In this document: piece after piece, positions 39,530 through 49,600 of the stretch
Layout of the letters: every line of letters begins with the position of its first letter
Position numbering within the stretch: position 1 is the first letter of the stretch
Assembly (NCBI GenBank): GCA_029289235.1
Contig: JARFTZ010000052.1
Location: 20,512 to 84,511, forward strand
From: Gammaproteobacteria bacterium
GTDB taxonomy: Bacteria; Pseudomonadota; Gammaproteobacteria; Burkholderiales; Rhodocyclaceae
Length of the DNA stretch: 64,000 bases
Reading direction: 5' to 3'
Position numbers and translations under genes: made by a program
Notes under the pieces: generated by a model
Seen by the model: only the letters and a program-made list of their open reading frames with translations
Told to the model about the DNA's origin: nothing
Databases searched by the model: none

Positions 39530-41371
39530 CTAATCCGCCTCGCTGTCCTTCTCCAGCCAGCGCCGCAGCGTGGCGATCAGTGCGTCCGGGTCGACCGGTT
39601 TGGCGATGTGGTCGTTCATCCCGGCGGCGAGGCAGCGTTCACGATCCTCGGTAAAGGCGTTCGCGGTCATCGCCAGGATGGGCAGGTGGCGGGCCTCCTG
39701 TCCGTTGCGGATGCGCCGGCAGGCCTCAAGCCCGTCCATGACCGGCATCTGCACGTCGAGCAGGATCAGTGCATAGCCGCCGTTGCGGGCGCGTTCGACG
39801 GCCTCGTGGCCATTTCCGGCGATTTCCACTTCCAGCCCGGCATCCTCCAGAAGCATCCGGAGGACTTCCTGGCTGACCGGGTCGTCCTCGGCGACGAGGA
39901 TGCGGCGGCCGACCTGAAATCCCGTCGCGACAATGCCCGCGCCAGCGTCATCATGACGTGTGGGGGCGACCTGTGCCGGCCTGCCGCTCTTGCCCAGCCG
40001 GGCGGTAAACCAGAACGTGCTGCCTTGACCATGCTCGCTGACGACGCCGGTTTCGCCGCCCATCAGCCGGGCGATGCGCGTGGCGATGGTCAGCCCGAGT
40101 CCGGTGCCGCCGAAGCGGCGGGTGGTTGATTCGTCGGCCTGGGTAAAGGGGCGGAACAGCCGGGCCTGCTGTTCGGTCGTCAGGCCGATGCCCTGGTCGC
40201 TGACCTCGAAGCGCAGCAGGAGATCACCGGTTGTTTCTTGATCAGGAACTGGAAATACCCGGATGCGGATGTCGCCGTGGTCGGAGAACTTGATCGCGTT
40301 GTCGATGAAGTTGATCAGCGTCTGCTTCAGGCGCAGGGCGTCGCCACGCAGGAATTCGGGAATGGCTGGCGCGATGTCCACCGACAGGTCGAGTCCTTTG
40401 CCCTGCGCGCGCGGTTGGTGCAGGAAGGCGGCTTCGCCGACGGCCTCGGCGAGGTTGAAATCATGAATCTCGAGGGTCAGCCGGTCAGCCTCGATGCGCG
40501 AGATGTCGAGGATGTCGTTGATGATCGCCAGCAGGTGCCGCGTCGCCTTGCTACTCTGTTCGAGTTGCCCGACCAGGACCGGGTCGCCGGCACGGCGCAG
40601 CGCCAGTTCGGTCATCCCGATGATCCCGTTGAGCGGGGTGCGCAGTTCGTGGCTCATGTTGGCCAGGAAAACGCTCTTCGCCCGGCTGGCCGCTTCCGCC
40701 GCGTCGCGGGCCTCGGCGAGTTCCGTCGTGCGCGCGACGACGAGATCCTCCAGATGGTTGCGATGCTGCTCGAGTTCCTGCTCGACCCGCTTGCGTTCGC
40801 TGATGTCGTGAATGACCGAGAAGATCAAGGTGCTGCCGTCGACGGTGATCGGGGCGCTGTGTACTTCGACGGTGCGCGTTTCGCCGGAAGCGATCCGGTG
40901 CGGAAATTCGAAGATTTTTTCGGTTCCGGTGAGCACCGCGTAGCGTTTGTCCTGACACGTTCCGGCAGGCAGCACGTTGATGTCGCCGATATTCATCCGG
41001 AGCAGCACGTCGCGCGGATAACCGTAGAAATGTTGCGCCGCCTCGTTGGCGTCGATCAGCGCGCCGCTCGCCGGTTCGATCAGCAGCATGATCGCTGCGT
41101 GTTCACGGAACATCCGCGAGAAGCGTTCCTCGGAATCGCGCAGGCTGCGGTTGGAGCGCTCCAGCTCGCGGATCGCCGCTTCCAGTTCGGATGTGCGCAA
41201 CCGGACCTGGTCTTCGAGCAGGATCGTCGTCTGCTGCAGCCCGAAATCCGCATCGAAGCGATTCGAGTCGCTTTCGGCGCGGTCCATCAGCACGTCGATG
41301 ATCTTGGTCAGGCGAGCGATTTCCGCCCGCAGCATCGCCTCGCTGGCTGCTCCCGGATCGGCCGGCATCAT
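39530..41371 (-). CDS. NahK-like hybrid histidine kinase (coiled coil-PAS-HisKA-HATPase-REC)
   Basis: N-terminus [20 protein letters not shown]...LEDQVRLRT resembles NosP-associated kinases; [15 protein letters not shown]; REC LLDVQMP; ATGA overlap with the FIST gene. Confidence 0.88.
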   Translation of the reverse strand: MMPADPGAASEAMLRAEIARLTKIIDVLMDRAESDSNRFDADFGLQQTTILLEDQVRLRTSELEAAIRELERSNRSLRDSEERFSRMFREHAAIMLLIEPASGALIDANEAAQHFYGYPRDVLLRMNIGDINVLPAGTCQDKRYAVLTGTEKIFEFPHRIASGETRTVEVHSAPITVDGSTLIFSVIHDISERKRVEQELEQHRNHLEDLVVARTTELAEARDAAEAASRAKSVFLANMSHELRTPLNGIIGMTELALRRAGDPVLVGQLEQSSKATRHLLAIINDILDISRIEADRLTLEIHDFNLAEAVGEAAFLHQPRAQGKGLDLSVDIAPAIPEFLRGDALRLKQTLINFIDNAIKFSDHGDIRIRVFPVPDQETTGDLLLRFEVSDQGIGLTTEQQARLFRPFTQADESTTRRFGGTGLGLTIATRIARLMGGETGVVSEHGQGSTFWFTARLGKSGRPAQVAPTRHDDAGAGIVATGFQVGRRILVAEDDPVSQEVLRMLLEDAGLEVEIAGNGHEAVERARNGGYALILLDVQMPVMDGLEACRRIRNGQEARHLPILAMTANAFTEDRERCLAAGMNDHIAKPVDPDALIATLRRWLEKDSEAD

Positions 41372-42537
41372 TGACCTCCCTCGCCGGAAGCGTTGGAAGA
41401 GCCGAAAGCGACGCCGACGAACGTCTGGTTCATGTGCAGGCCGCGATACTGTTCGCCGTAGGTGCAGAAACCCGTGGTGCGATTTTCGAGCATCAGTGCG
41501 GCGATCTTCTCGCGCTCCGGACTGCGCATGATGGCCAGCTTGCGGTGGGAACAGTCGAAGCCGAGCACGCATTGCGGCGCGCCCACCTTGGCGCGAATGT
41601 CGGCGAAGGCCCGTTCGAGCTTGGGCAGGAGGTCTGCGCTGCGGGCAATGCGCAGCACCGTTCCTTTCTCTATGGCGCAGAAGAAGGTCAGGCTCTGGTC
41701 CGGGTGGATGGCGTTCAGCGCCCGCACGTAGCTTTCGCCGTTGATCAGCACGATGATCGTGCGGTCGAGCATGTGCCACAGGTCGGCGCCTTCCAGACTC
41801 TGGCCAAGCACCCGTGACAACTCCCCGGCGGCAGGGCGGCCATTGAGTTCGAGCACCGTTCTGCGCGCCGGGTCGGCTTCCGTCACCACCAGGCGTTCCG
41901 GCATCGGTTCGAGGTGATGGGTCCGGAACACGGTACAGGGAACGCGCGAGGCCAGGAGGATCAGGACGGACGCATCATCGTGAAACCGGCCGCCGGAATA
42001 GACGCGGCTTTTTTTCATGCTCAGGCTGTCGGCGGCTGAGCCACCTACCAGCGGTATGCGGCCAAGGGCGCTTTGCAGTACGCGCGAAACGGCTTCCTCG
42101 CGGAGCGAAAGCCCGTCGATCAACTGCAGGGCGACGCAATTCGAGCTGGCCGAGGCCTGCGGGAACAGGCGGCTGTCCAGCTCGCGCTGCAGTGAATCGA
42201 CCAGTGCGTGTCCCCGCACGGTTTCGAATGCCTGCAGGTTTTCGATGCAGGCGCTGACGGCGGTGAAATCGGTGGAGGAAAAGCTGATGCCGCTGAGGCT
42301 GAAGTCGCGATAACCGGCCGTGCCGATCTCTCCCGCCGTCGTGCAGCCGACCACCTGAACGCCCCGGAACAGACGGTTCATTTCCTCTGCCAGGGCATCG
42401 CTGTCGTACGCCGCCGAGCAAAAGAACACGACCAGCGCCATGTTGTCCTGATAGACCGCGCGGTGGAATTCGCGTACGGCGTCCTGGGCGTTTTCCGCAC
42501 AAGAATGTGCGGCGCGGATGCGGGTCCGATCGTTCAT
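41368..42537 (-). CDS. nosP: FIST N/C-domain protein (NosP-like nitric oxide/heme sensor)
   Basis: [52 protein letters not shown] and [18 protein letters not shown] motifs. Confidence 0.85.
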   Translation of the reverse strand: MNDRTRIRAAHSCAENAQDAVREFHRAVYQDNMALVVFFCSAAYDSDALAEEMNRLFRGVQVVGCTTAGEIGTAGYRDFSLSGISFSSTDFTAVSACIENLQAFETVRGHALVDSLQRELDSRLFPQASASSNCVALQLIDGLSLREEAVSRVLQSALGRIPLVGGSAADSLSMKKSRVYSGGRFHDDASVLILLASRVPCTVFRTHHLEPMPERLVVTEADPARRTVLELNGRPAAGELSRVLGQSLEGADLWHMLDRTIIVLINGESYVRALNAIHPDQSLTFFCAIEKGTVLRIARSADLLPKLERAFADIRAKVGAPQCVLGFDCSHRKLAIMRSPEREKIAALMLENRTTGFCTYGEQYRGLHMNQTFVGVAFGSSNASGEGGQ

Positions 42538-42636
42538 GCGAGGCGCCCTGGAATGTTGTGGTGAAGACTCGACGAGTATACGTAACGACAGGCATGTAAT
42601 CCACATGGGAATGAGCTGCTTCGTCGATTTCCGTGC

Positions 42637-42665
42637 CTTGAAATGCGCCGCGGCAGGTGCCATCT
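42637..42665 (+). promoter_or_regulatory. Sigma32 (RpoH)-like promoter for cbpA-cbpM-htpX
   Basis: CTTGAAA (42637-42643), 14 nt, then TGCCATCT (42658-42665), against the consensus CTTGAAA-N13-17-CCCCATNT; upstream of chaperone/protease genes. Confidence 0.6.
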
Positions 42666-42710
42666 TGGGAGCACGCAGGCCATTCGGGAGCCCGTAGAAA
42701 TGGAGCTTTC

Positions 42711-43676
42711 ATGCAATTCAAGGACTATTACCAGACGCTCGGGGTAAAGCGGGACGCGACGGCGGAGGAAATCAAGAAATCCTTCCGCAAGCTGGCGCGC
42801 AAGTATCATCCGGACGTGTCGAAGGAGAAGGACGCCGAGCAGCGCATGCAGGAGATCAACGAGGCCTACACGGTTCTCTCCGATCCCGAGCGGCGCGCGG
42901 CGTACGATCAACTCGGCAGTGGTTACCAGCCCGGCCAGGAATTCAGGCCGCCGCCCGACTGGGACACCGGGTTCGAGTTCTCCTCGCACGGCTTTTCCCC
43001 CGGCGATGCCGCCGGCTTCAGCGATTTCTTTTCGCAGCTTTTCGGCCGGATGGGCGGAGGCGGCATGGGCGGAGCCTTCCATGCCGGCCGGGGTGCCGGC
43101 GGCTTCCAGATGCGCGGCGAGGATCACCACGCCAAGGTCGTGCTCGACATCGACGACGCCTTTCACGGCGCCACCCGGCAGATCAGCCTGCGCGTGCCCC
43201 GGGTTGATGCGCAGGGGCATGTGACCGTCGAGACGCGCACGCTGAACGTGAAGATTCCGCTCGGCGTTCGCGAAGGACAGATCATCCGGCTGGCCGGGCA
43301 GGGCGCCCCGGGATACAGCGGTGCGCCGGCCGGCGACCTGCTGCTCGAAGTGCATTTCCAGGCGCATGACCGCCTGCGCGTTGAAGGGCGCGATTTGCAC
43401 CTCGATCTGCCAGTCGCACCGTGGGAGGCCGCGCTCGGCGACGTCGTGGCGGTTGATACTCCGGGCGGGGTGCTCAAGGTCCGCGTTCCGGCAGGAGCGC
43501 AGAGCGGTGGCACCCTGCGCGTGCGAGGGAAAGGAATCCCGGGTAGTCCGCCTGGCGATCTGATCCTGACGCTTCAGGTCGTTCTGCCCCCGGCCGAGAC
43601 GCCGAAGGCACGCGAGCTTTACGCGACCATGGCGCGCGAGTTGCCGTTCGATCCGCGCCGCTCTGCAGGGAGATAA
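42711..43676 (+). CDS. cbpA: DnaJ-class curved DNA-binding protein CbpA
   Basis: J-domain (KDYYQTLGV...YHPDV...EINEAY), G/F-rich linker and DnaJ C-terminal domain; no zinc finger. Confidence 0.93.
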   Translation: MQFKDYYQTLGVKRDATAEEIKKSFRKLARKYHPDVSKEKDAEQRMQEINEAYTVLSDPERRAAYDQLGSGYQPGQEFRPPPDWDTGFEFSSHGFSPGDAAGFSDFFSQLFGRMGGGGMGGAFHAGRGAGGFQMRGEDHHAKVVLDIDDAFHGATRQISLRVPRVDAQGHVTVETRTLNVKIPLGVREGQIIRLAGQGAPGYSGAPAGDLLLEVHFQAHDRLRVEGRDLHLDLPVAPWEAALGDVVAVDTPGGVLKVRVPAGAQSGGTLRVRGKGIPGSPPGDLILTLQVVLPPAETPKARELYATMARELPFDPRRSAGR

Positions 43677-43679
43677 ATC

Positions 43680-43988
43680 ATGCGCGACGATGACATCCTG
43701 ATCGGCACGCTGATGGAAGAGAGCTGGCTGACGCTGGAGCAGATGGCCGCCGCCTGCCGCGTCGAGCCGGACTGGCTGATGCGGCACCTCGACGAGGGCC
43801 TGTTTCCCGGCGCGGAGAGCGTCGCGGGCATCTGGCGCTTTTCCGGTGCCTGTCTGCTGCGCGCGCGGCGCATGCACGACCTGGAACGCGACTTCGATGC
43901 GGTGCCCGAACTGGCCGCGCTGGTGGCTGACATGCTGGAGGAAATGGACACGCTACGCCTGATTGCCAGCCGCGTTTCCAGGGGGTGA
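43680..43988 (+). CDS. cbpM: Chaperone modulator CbpM
   Basis: 102 aa, MerR-like; RARRMHDLERDFDAVPELAALVADMLEE; directly after cbpA. Confidence 0.9.
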   Translation: MRDDDILIGTLMEESWLTLEQMAAACRVEPDWLMRHLDEGLFPGAESVAGIWRFSGACLLRARRMHDLERDFDAVPELAALVADMLEEMDTLRLIASRVSRG

Positions 43989-43995
43989 GGCTGCC

Positions 43996-44940
43996 GTGTC
44001 AAGCGAACGTTGGCATCGTCACGCCTGGAGCAATCGTCTCCAGACGGCGCTGCTGGTCCTTTCGCTGATCGGCATCACCGCACTGGCCGCTTTCCTGCTG
44101 GTCGGTCCGGACGGCCTGTGGATGGGGCTGGCTGCCTGTGCCGTGGCGTTGCTGGTCGAACCGGCGGCATCGAGGCTGACGTTGCGCCTGTATCAGGCAC
44201 GCCCGATTCATTCGCACGCCGCGCCGGATCTCTGGCGCCTGATGGAGGACATCGCCCGGCGCGCCGACCTGCCGGCGGTGCCGGCGCTGTACTACGTCCC
44301 GAGTCCGTTGATCAACGCCTTCGCCGTCGGCAACCGCCGGCAGGCAGCGATCGCACTCACCCACGGCCTGCTCGAACAACTGCCGCCGCGCGAGCTGGCG
44401 GGCGTGCTCGCGCACGAAACGGCGCATATCGCCCACGGCGACCTGCGCGTGATGGGTCTTGCCGACTACGTCAGCCGATTGACCAGCGTGTTCGCGCTGC
44501 TCGGGCAGTTCCTCATCCTGTTTTCCCTGCCGGCGCTGCTGACCGGCGCGGGCACGATCAATTGGGCCGGGTTCCTCTTGCTCATTTTCTCGCCTCACCT
44601 GGCCATGCTTTCGCAGCTCGGCCTGTCGCGGGTGCGCGAATTCGATGCGGATCTCACCGCCGCGGCGCTGACCGGCGACCCGCGCGGACTGGCCTCCGCC
44701 TTGGCGCGCATCGAAGGACGCAGCCGTTCCTGGCGCGGCCTGTTCATGCCCGGTTGGGGTAACCCCGAACCATCGTGGTTGCGCACGCATCCGGAAACCG
44801 GGGAGCGGATTCGTCGCTTGCTTGAGTTGGCTCCGGCAGCGGAATCGGCCCGTTGGCAGGGCGTCGCGAGGGTTCGTCCGGATACGCTCGGAAAGGTCAG
44901 GCAACGCCCGCGCTGGACGATCGGCGGGTTGTGGCGATAG
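43996..44940 (+). CDS. htpX: M48-family zinc metalloprotease (HtpX-like)
   Basis: INAFAVG, LAGVLAHETAHIAHGD (HExxH), SRVREFDAD and LRTHP. The start is uncertain (GTG 43996 chosen). Confidence 0.88.
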   Translation: MSSERWHRHAWSNRLQTALLVLSLIGITALAAFLLVGPDGLWMGLAACAVALLVEPAASRLTLRLYQARPIHSHAAPDLWRLMEDIARRADLPAVPALYYVPSPLINAFAVGNRRQAAIALTHGLLEQLPPRELAGVLAHETAHIAHGDLRVMGLADYVSRLTSVFALLGQFLILFSLPALLTGAGTINWAGFLLLIFSPHLAMLSQLGLSRVREFDADLTAAALTGDPRGLASALARIEGRSRSWRGLFMPGWGNPEPSWLRTHPETGERIRRLLELAPAAESARWQGVARVRPDTLGKVRQRPRWTIGGLWR

Positions 44941-44956
44941 CGAGTCCTTGGCAGCT

Positions 44957-46384
44957 TCAACGCCCGTACGCGTGTGGCGGTTTCATCCGCAGCGCGGCTG
45001 TCAGCGCCAAAGCGAAGACTGCGGCAAGCAACAGGAAGCCTTGCGCATAGGAAGTATGGATGCCCTCAACGCTTGACCCGTAAACGCTTTCCCGCCAGGC
45101 GACGAATACGGCGATGACGGCAATGCCCAGCACGCCGCCGAGTTGGCGGGAGTAACTGATGACTACCGAGGACTGGCCGAGCTGGTGGGGTTCCAGATGG
45201 CGCAGAACGGAGAGCGTCAGTGCCGGCAGGATCAGTCCGAGGCCGATACGTCCCCACACGGTAATGCCGATGATTTCAATCGAAGTGATGCCGCCCCCGA
45301 ACAGCGCGAAGGCCAGGAACGAGGTGCCGAGCAGGCCCATGCCGCTTACCGTGAGCCAATGCGGGGGAAGGCGGTCCGCCAACCGGCCGGCGACCGGGAT
45401 CGTCGCCAGCAGTGCGATACCCGAGGGGATCAGCATCGAGCCCGCAGCAGCGGCTGAGAATCCAAGCGCATTTTGCAGGAAGACGGGAATCAGGTAGGTC
45501 GAGCCGAAAAAGCCGAAGCCGTAGGCGAACGAAACGATTGTTCCCATCGAGAAGGCCCGATGGTGGAACAGGCCGAGGCTGATGACCGGGTTTTTGCTGC
45601 GGCGGGCATGGCGCAGGAAAAACCCGATTGCCACTGCCGCCAGAGCGAGAAGGCCCGCCGTCCAAAGAGTCATCAGCCCGCTGTGCCGCAGGCTCGACAC
45701 GACCTCGACGAGGACGAGCGTAGCCAGCGTGAGCATCGCCACACCGCTCCAGTCAAAGGGGGTGCGGCGTATTTCGCGGGGCAGTGGCAGGAAGATCAAC
45801 GCCAGAACCATTGCGGCAACACAGAACGGCAGGTTGAGCAGGAAGATGGTGCGCCAACCGAAGGCATCGAGAAGGGCGCCACCTGCGGCCGGTGCGATCG
45901 CAGGCATGAGCACGATGCCGAAGGTAAGAATGCCGGAGGCCCGCCCCTGGCTTTCTGGAGGAAACAAACGCATTACGGCCAGTGGACCGAGCGGTTGCAG
46001 AACGCCGGTGGCGATGCCTTGAGCAATCCGTGCGGCGACCACCAAGGGAAACGTCGGCGCAAGATAGCCCGCAATACTGGTAACCAGCAGTGAGAGAACC
46101 GCACCGAGAAACAGCTTGCGGAAGCCCAGGCGTTCGAGGAGCCAGGGCGCGGGCAGCATGGAAACCGTCATCGCGCCCATGAAGCCGGTCATCACCCACT
46201 GCACCTGTTCCTGGCCGAGTGCGAACGCACGGGTCAGGGCCGGGATGGCGACGTTGAAGCTGGAGGTCGACAGCACGCCGGCAATCGTGCCGAGGGCGAC
46301 GACGAGCATCGCCAGCCATTTGTAGCGGGGTCCGTAGCGGAGCGATAGTGCGTCGAACGAGCGGGCGACGGGAAACAGAGGCAT
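44957..46384 (-). CDS. DHA2-family MFS efflux transporter (EmrB/QacA-like)
   Basis: About 14 TM segments; FNVAIP, ARIAQG, PAIAPAAGG and WRTIFLLNLP. Confidence 0.9.
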   Translation of the reverse strand: MPLFPVARSFDALSLRYGPRYKWLAMLVVALGTIAGVLSTSSFNVAIPALTRAFALGQEQVQWVMTGFMGAMTVSMLPAPWLLERLGFRKLFLGAVLSLLVTSIAGYLAPTFPLVVAARIAQGIATGVLQPLGPLAVMRLFPPESQGRASGILTFGIVLMPAIAPAAGGALLDAFGWRTIFLLNLPFCVAAMVLALIFLPLPREIRRTPFDWSGVAMLTLATLVLVEVVSSLRHSGLMTLWTAGLLALAAVAIGFFLRHARRSKNPVISLGLFHHRAFSMGTIVSFAYGFGFFGSTYLIPVFLQNALGFSAAAAGSMLIPSGIALLATIPVAGRLADRLPPHWLTVSGMGLLGTSFLAFALFGGGITSIEIIGITVWGRIGLGLILPALTLSVLRHLEPHQLGQSSVVISYSRQLGGVLGIAVIAVFVAWRESVYGSSVEGIHTSYAQGFLLLAAVFALALTAALRMKPPHAYGR

Positions 46385-46569
46385 TTCAGACAGATAAGAA
46401 GAGGTTGAATTGGCGATGACTCGTCATTTTTGCGAAAGCCTGAGTCCGGAATTGTCTCAGTTGAACGGTCCTTCGCAGGTCAATAAAACCCGGGAGGGGG
46501 GCGCAACCGTCAATCGCTTTACGCCATTGACGAAGGACTCAGCTTCTACTCCGGAACAGCCCTTTCTCG

Positions 46570-49362
46570 CTACGCAAGTCGTGATTGTTCCAGGAAAGAC
46601 ATCAACTCGGGCAACGGCAGCGGGCGGCTGAACAAATAGCCCTGGAAGGAATGGCAACCGTGTTCTTCGAGGAAATCCCGTTGCGTTTCCGTCTCCACTC
46701 CCTCGGCGACGATGCGCAAGCCGAGATTGCGTCCCATCGTGATGATCGTCTCGACGATGATCTGGTCGTTTCGCGCGCCGGGAAGCTTGGCGACAAACGA
46801 TTGGTCGATCTTCAGTTCGTCGATAGGCAGGCGCGTCAGGTAGGCCAATGATGAGTAGCCCGTGCCGAAGTCGTCCATGGAGAATGACACACCAAGTTCG
46901 CGAAGTGTTTGTATCTTGTTGATCGCCGTTGTGATGTCGTCAAGGATCATGCTCTCGGTGAGTTCAAGCTTGAGACGCGTAGGATCGATTGCTGTTTCCT
47001 CAATCAGGCGTCGAATCTGATCGACGAAATTGTCCTGGCGGAATTGCAGTGCGCTGACGTTGACTGACAACTGCAAGGCTGACGCGCGTGCATCGCTTTC
47101 CCATTCCTTGATCTGCCGACACGCTGTGTCCACCACCCAGGCGCCTATCGAAAGGATCAATCCGGTGCTTTCGGCAAGCGGGATGAAGTCGGCGGGCGAG
47201 ATGAAAGCGCCGTCCGCGGCCCTCCAGCGCAACAGGCTCTCGGCGCCGATGACCTGGCCGGAACAATTGAACTGCGGCTGGTAGTAGAGCTGCAACTCCC
47301 AGCGTTCGAGCGCCTGGCGCAAGGCCGTCTTGAGCGAGCTCCGCTTGTCGAGCGCAGCCTGCATCTCCGGGTCGAAGAAACGTACGGTGTTGCGGCCGCT
47401 GTCCTTGGCGCGGTACATCGCCATGTCGGCATTCTTGAGCAGATGCTCTACCGTTTCGTCTCCGTCGAACAGGCACACGCCGAGGCTCGCCGTGCAGACG
47501 TAGTCTTCTCCCTTCAGGCGGTACGGCCGGGCGATGTCTTTGCACAAACGGTCGCCGAAGTCGCGCGCCAGCGCTGCCGCTGCCGAGCGATCTCCACCCA
47601 GGTTTTCAAGCACGATCACAAACTCGTCGCCGCCCAACCGTGCGACGGTGTCGGCTTCGCGCAACGACTGGCGCAGGCGATGCGCCACGTTGATCAGGAG
47701 TTGGTCGCCGGTGTCGTGTCCGCGCGTGTCGTTCAGGGTATTGAAGTTGTCGAGGTCGAGGAACAGTACGGCTCCGTACATTCCGCTGCGCGCTGCAGTT
47801 GCAAGCGCCTGGCCAAGGCGGTCTTGCAACAGGCGCCGGTTGGGGAACTGCGTAAGCTGGTCGTAGTAGGCCAGGCGATGAACTTCCGCCTCGGCCTCCT
47901 TGTTTTGCGTGATGTCGGAGAACGATCCGACATAGTGGGTGACCTTGCCGGCCGGCGACAATACACCGTTGATTGTCAGCCACTCGGCATACAGTTTGCC
48001 GTTTTTGCGCCGGTTCCAGATTACGCCCTGCCAGTAGTGTTTTTCCTGCAGTGTCTTCCAGAGTGCTTGATAGAACGCTTGATCGTGGCGTCCTGATTTC
48101 AGCATTGCCGTTTTTCGCCCGATCGCTTCTTCAGCGCTGTAGCCGGTGGACTGGGTGAAGGCCTGATTCACACGCAGGATGACTCCGTTGGCATCGGAGA
48201 CGAGCATGGCGACTTGCGAATCGAAAGCCTTGGCAGCGATGCGTAGCTCGACGTCCGCCCGGCGTTTGCGGACAAGGATCACAACCAGCGCCCAGACAAG
48301 CCCGAGGACGACCAGTGAAACGACCGTGCCCGCCCAGATCATCGTCCGACTCGATTCGTGCCACGGCTGATTGATGAGCGTGCTGTACTCGGGGAGACGG
48401 GATTTCGGGATGTCGAAACGCGCCAGTTGCTGGTAATCGAAAAGGTTGTTGCCTGACAAGGTGCGGCGAACCGGAATTTCGCTGGCTTTCTCGCCTTTCA
48501 GTATTCTCGCGAGGAACTCGCCGGCTGCCATGCCCTGTGCCTTCGCCGTCGTCAGGTTGCCGCCGACGATGCCGTAGCCGAGATAGAAATCCCAACTGGC
48601 GTAGACTGGAACAGAACTCTTGCTGCTGATCAGGTGCGCGATGTCCCGGTGCGAGATGAAGCGGCCATTGCGGTCGCTGGCGTAGGGCATCAGCATGACC
48701 AGCGTGTCCGCCGGCAAGGTCGAAACCCGATTTGCCAATTCGCCGGGATCGAATGAATCCCAGATTTCCATGCTGACACGGCCTCTCAGCGTTGTGGCCA
48801 ATGCCTCCAGCTCAGGGCGCAGAACCTTGCCGGTTGTCGTCGAATCAATGATCGCCACAATTCGTGCCGTTGCAGGATGCAGGCGGAGCATCAGGGCGGC
48901 GGTAGCCGCGTGGTCGGCGCTTTCGACAACCCCGGTAAAGTCAGAAAGCGTTCGGATCTGCTCGTCGCGGAACCAGTTGACGCCGCTGAACACGACCGGC
49001 ACCTCGGGAAACAGTTCGTCGCGATAGCGGATCAGGAAGTCGTAGGCGTCGTTGTCGGTCGAGACAATGGCATCGAACCGTATGGATCGGTACTTGTGGG
49101 CAAATAGACGGCGCAGGTTCTCGAGGTGTGCCGCGTCGGTCAGGCGCTTGGCGTCCATGTACTCGATATGGAACTGCAATGCCTCCATTCTGTCGACGCT
49201 CTCGCGGACGCCGGCGATCTGCCCGTCCGTCCAGTCCATGCCCTGATGGTAGGAGTTGAGGATCAACACATGCTTTTCGCCAAAGGCGAACGCCTGCCCA
49301 ATGCACAACACAGCCGCGAGCAGCACGGCCGTGGAGATCCAGCGCGACGGAAGCAATCCCAT
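46570..49362 (-). CDS. Periplasmic ABC-type-sensor-TM-PAS-GGDEF-EAL protein
   Basis: Signal peptide and HVLILNSYHQGMDW...EYMDAKR periplasmic domain; PAS; intact GGDEF; EAL motifs (ESL variant, [21 protein letters not shown]). Confidence 0.92.
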   Translation of the reverse strand: MGLLPSRWISTAVLLAAVLCIGQAFAFGEKHVLILNSYHQGMDWTDGQIAGVRESVDRMEALQFHIEYMDAKRLTDAAHLENLRRLFAHKYRSIRFDAIVSTDNDAYDFLIRYRDELFPEVPVVFSGVNWFRDEQIRTLSDFTGVVESADHAATAALMLRLHPATARIVAIIDSTTTGKVLRPELEALATTLRGRVSMEIWDSFDPGELANRVSTLPADTLVMLMPYASDRNGRFISHRDIAHLISSKSSVPVYASWDFYLGYGIVGGNLTTAKAQGMAAGEFLARILKGEKASEIPVRRTLSGNNLFDYQQLARFDIPKSRLPEYSTLINQPWHESSRTMIWAGTVVSLVVLGLVWALVVILVRKRRADVELRIAAKAFDSQVAMLVSDANGVILRVNQAFTQSTGYSAEEAIGRKTAMLKSGRHDQAFYQALWKTLQEKHYWQGVIWNRRKNGKLYAEWLTINGVLSPAGKVTHYVGSFSDITQNKEAEAEVHRLAYYDQLTQFPNRRLLQDRLGQALATAARSGMYGAVLFLDLDNFNTLNDTRGHDTGDQLLINVAHRLRQSLREADTVARLGGDEFVIVLENLGGDRSAAAALARDFGDRLCKDIARPYRLKGEDYVCTASLGVCLFDGDETVEHLLKNADMAMYRAKDSGRNTVRFFDPEMQAALDKRSSLKTALRQALERWELQLYYQPQFNCSGQVIGAESLLRWRAADGAFISPADFIPLAESTGLILSIGAWVVDTACRQIKEWESDARASALQLSVNVSALQFRQDNFVDQIRRLIEETAIDPTRLKLELTESMILDDITTAINKIQTLRELGVSFSMDDFGTGYSSLAYLTRLPIDELKIDQSFVAKLPGARNDQIIVETIITMGRNLGLRIVAEGVETETQRDFLEEHGCHSFQGYLFSRPLPLPELMSFLEQSRLA

Positions 49363-49600
49363 GATCAGTTCTCAAGCCGATAAGGCGACAAGGGCGGAGA
49401 TTGCTTCAAAGCCAACGGCAGATCAACTGGTTTGATCAAAACGCTCTTTAGGGGGTCGCGAGTTCAGGTACATCAAGGCAATTGGCTTCTCGGAGTCGCA
49501 GAAGCCTGCGAGACCTGCTCTCAATGACGATATCTGTTGTGCCTGCCGTCAGGCGTTTTCCCCGCTTGCCACGCGAACGAGTCACACACACAATGACCGC

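Noticed and set aside
46410-46657. Small ORFs in the MFS/EAL intergenic region
   Set aside because: They lack a convincing RBS or motif and overlap the 3' end of the EAL gene and the MFS promoter region.
49363-49600. Possible c-di-GMP riboswitch between the divergent c-di-GMP genes
   Set aside because: I could not find the GEMM core (GGCAAAC...GAAA...GACGCAAA) on either strand. An Infernal/Rfam scan would be decisive.
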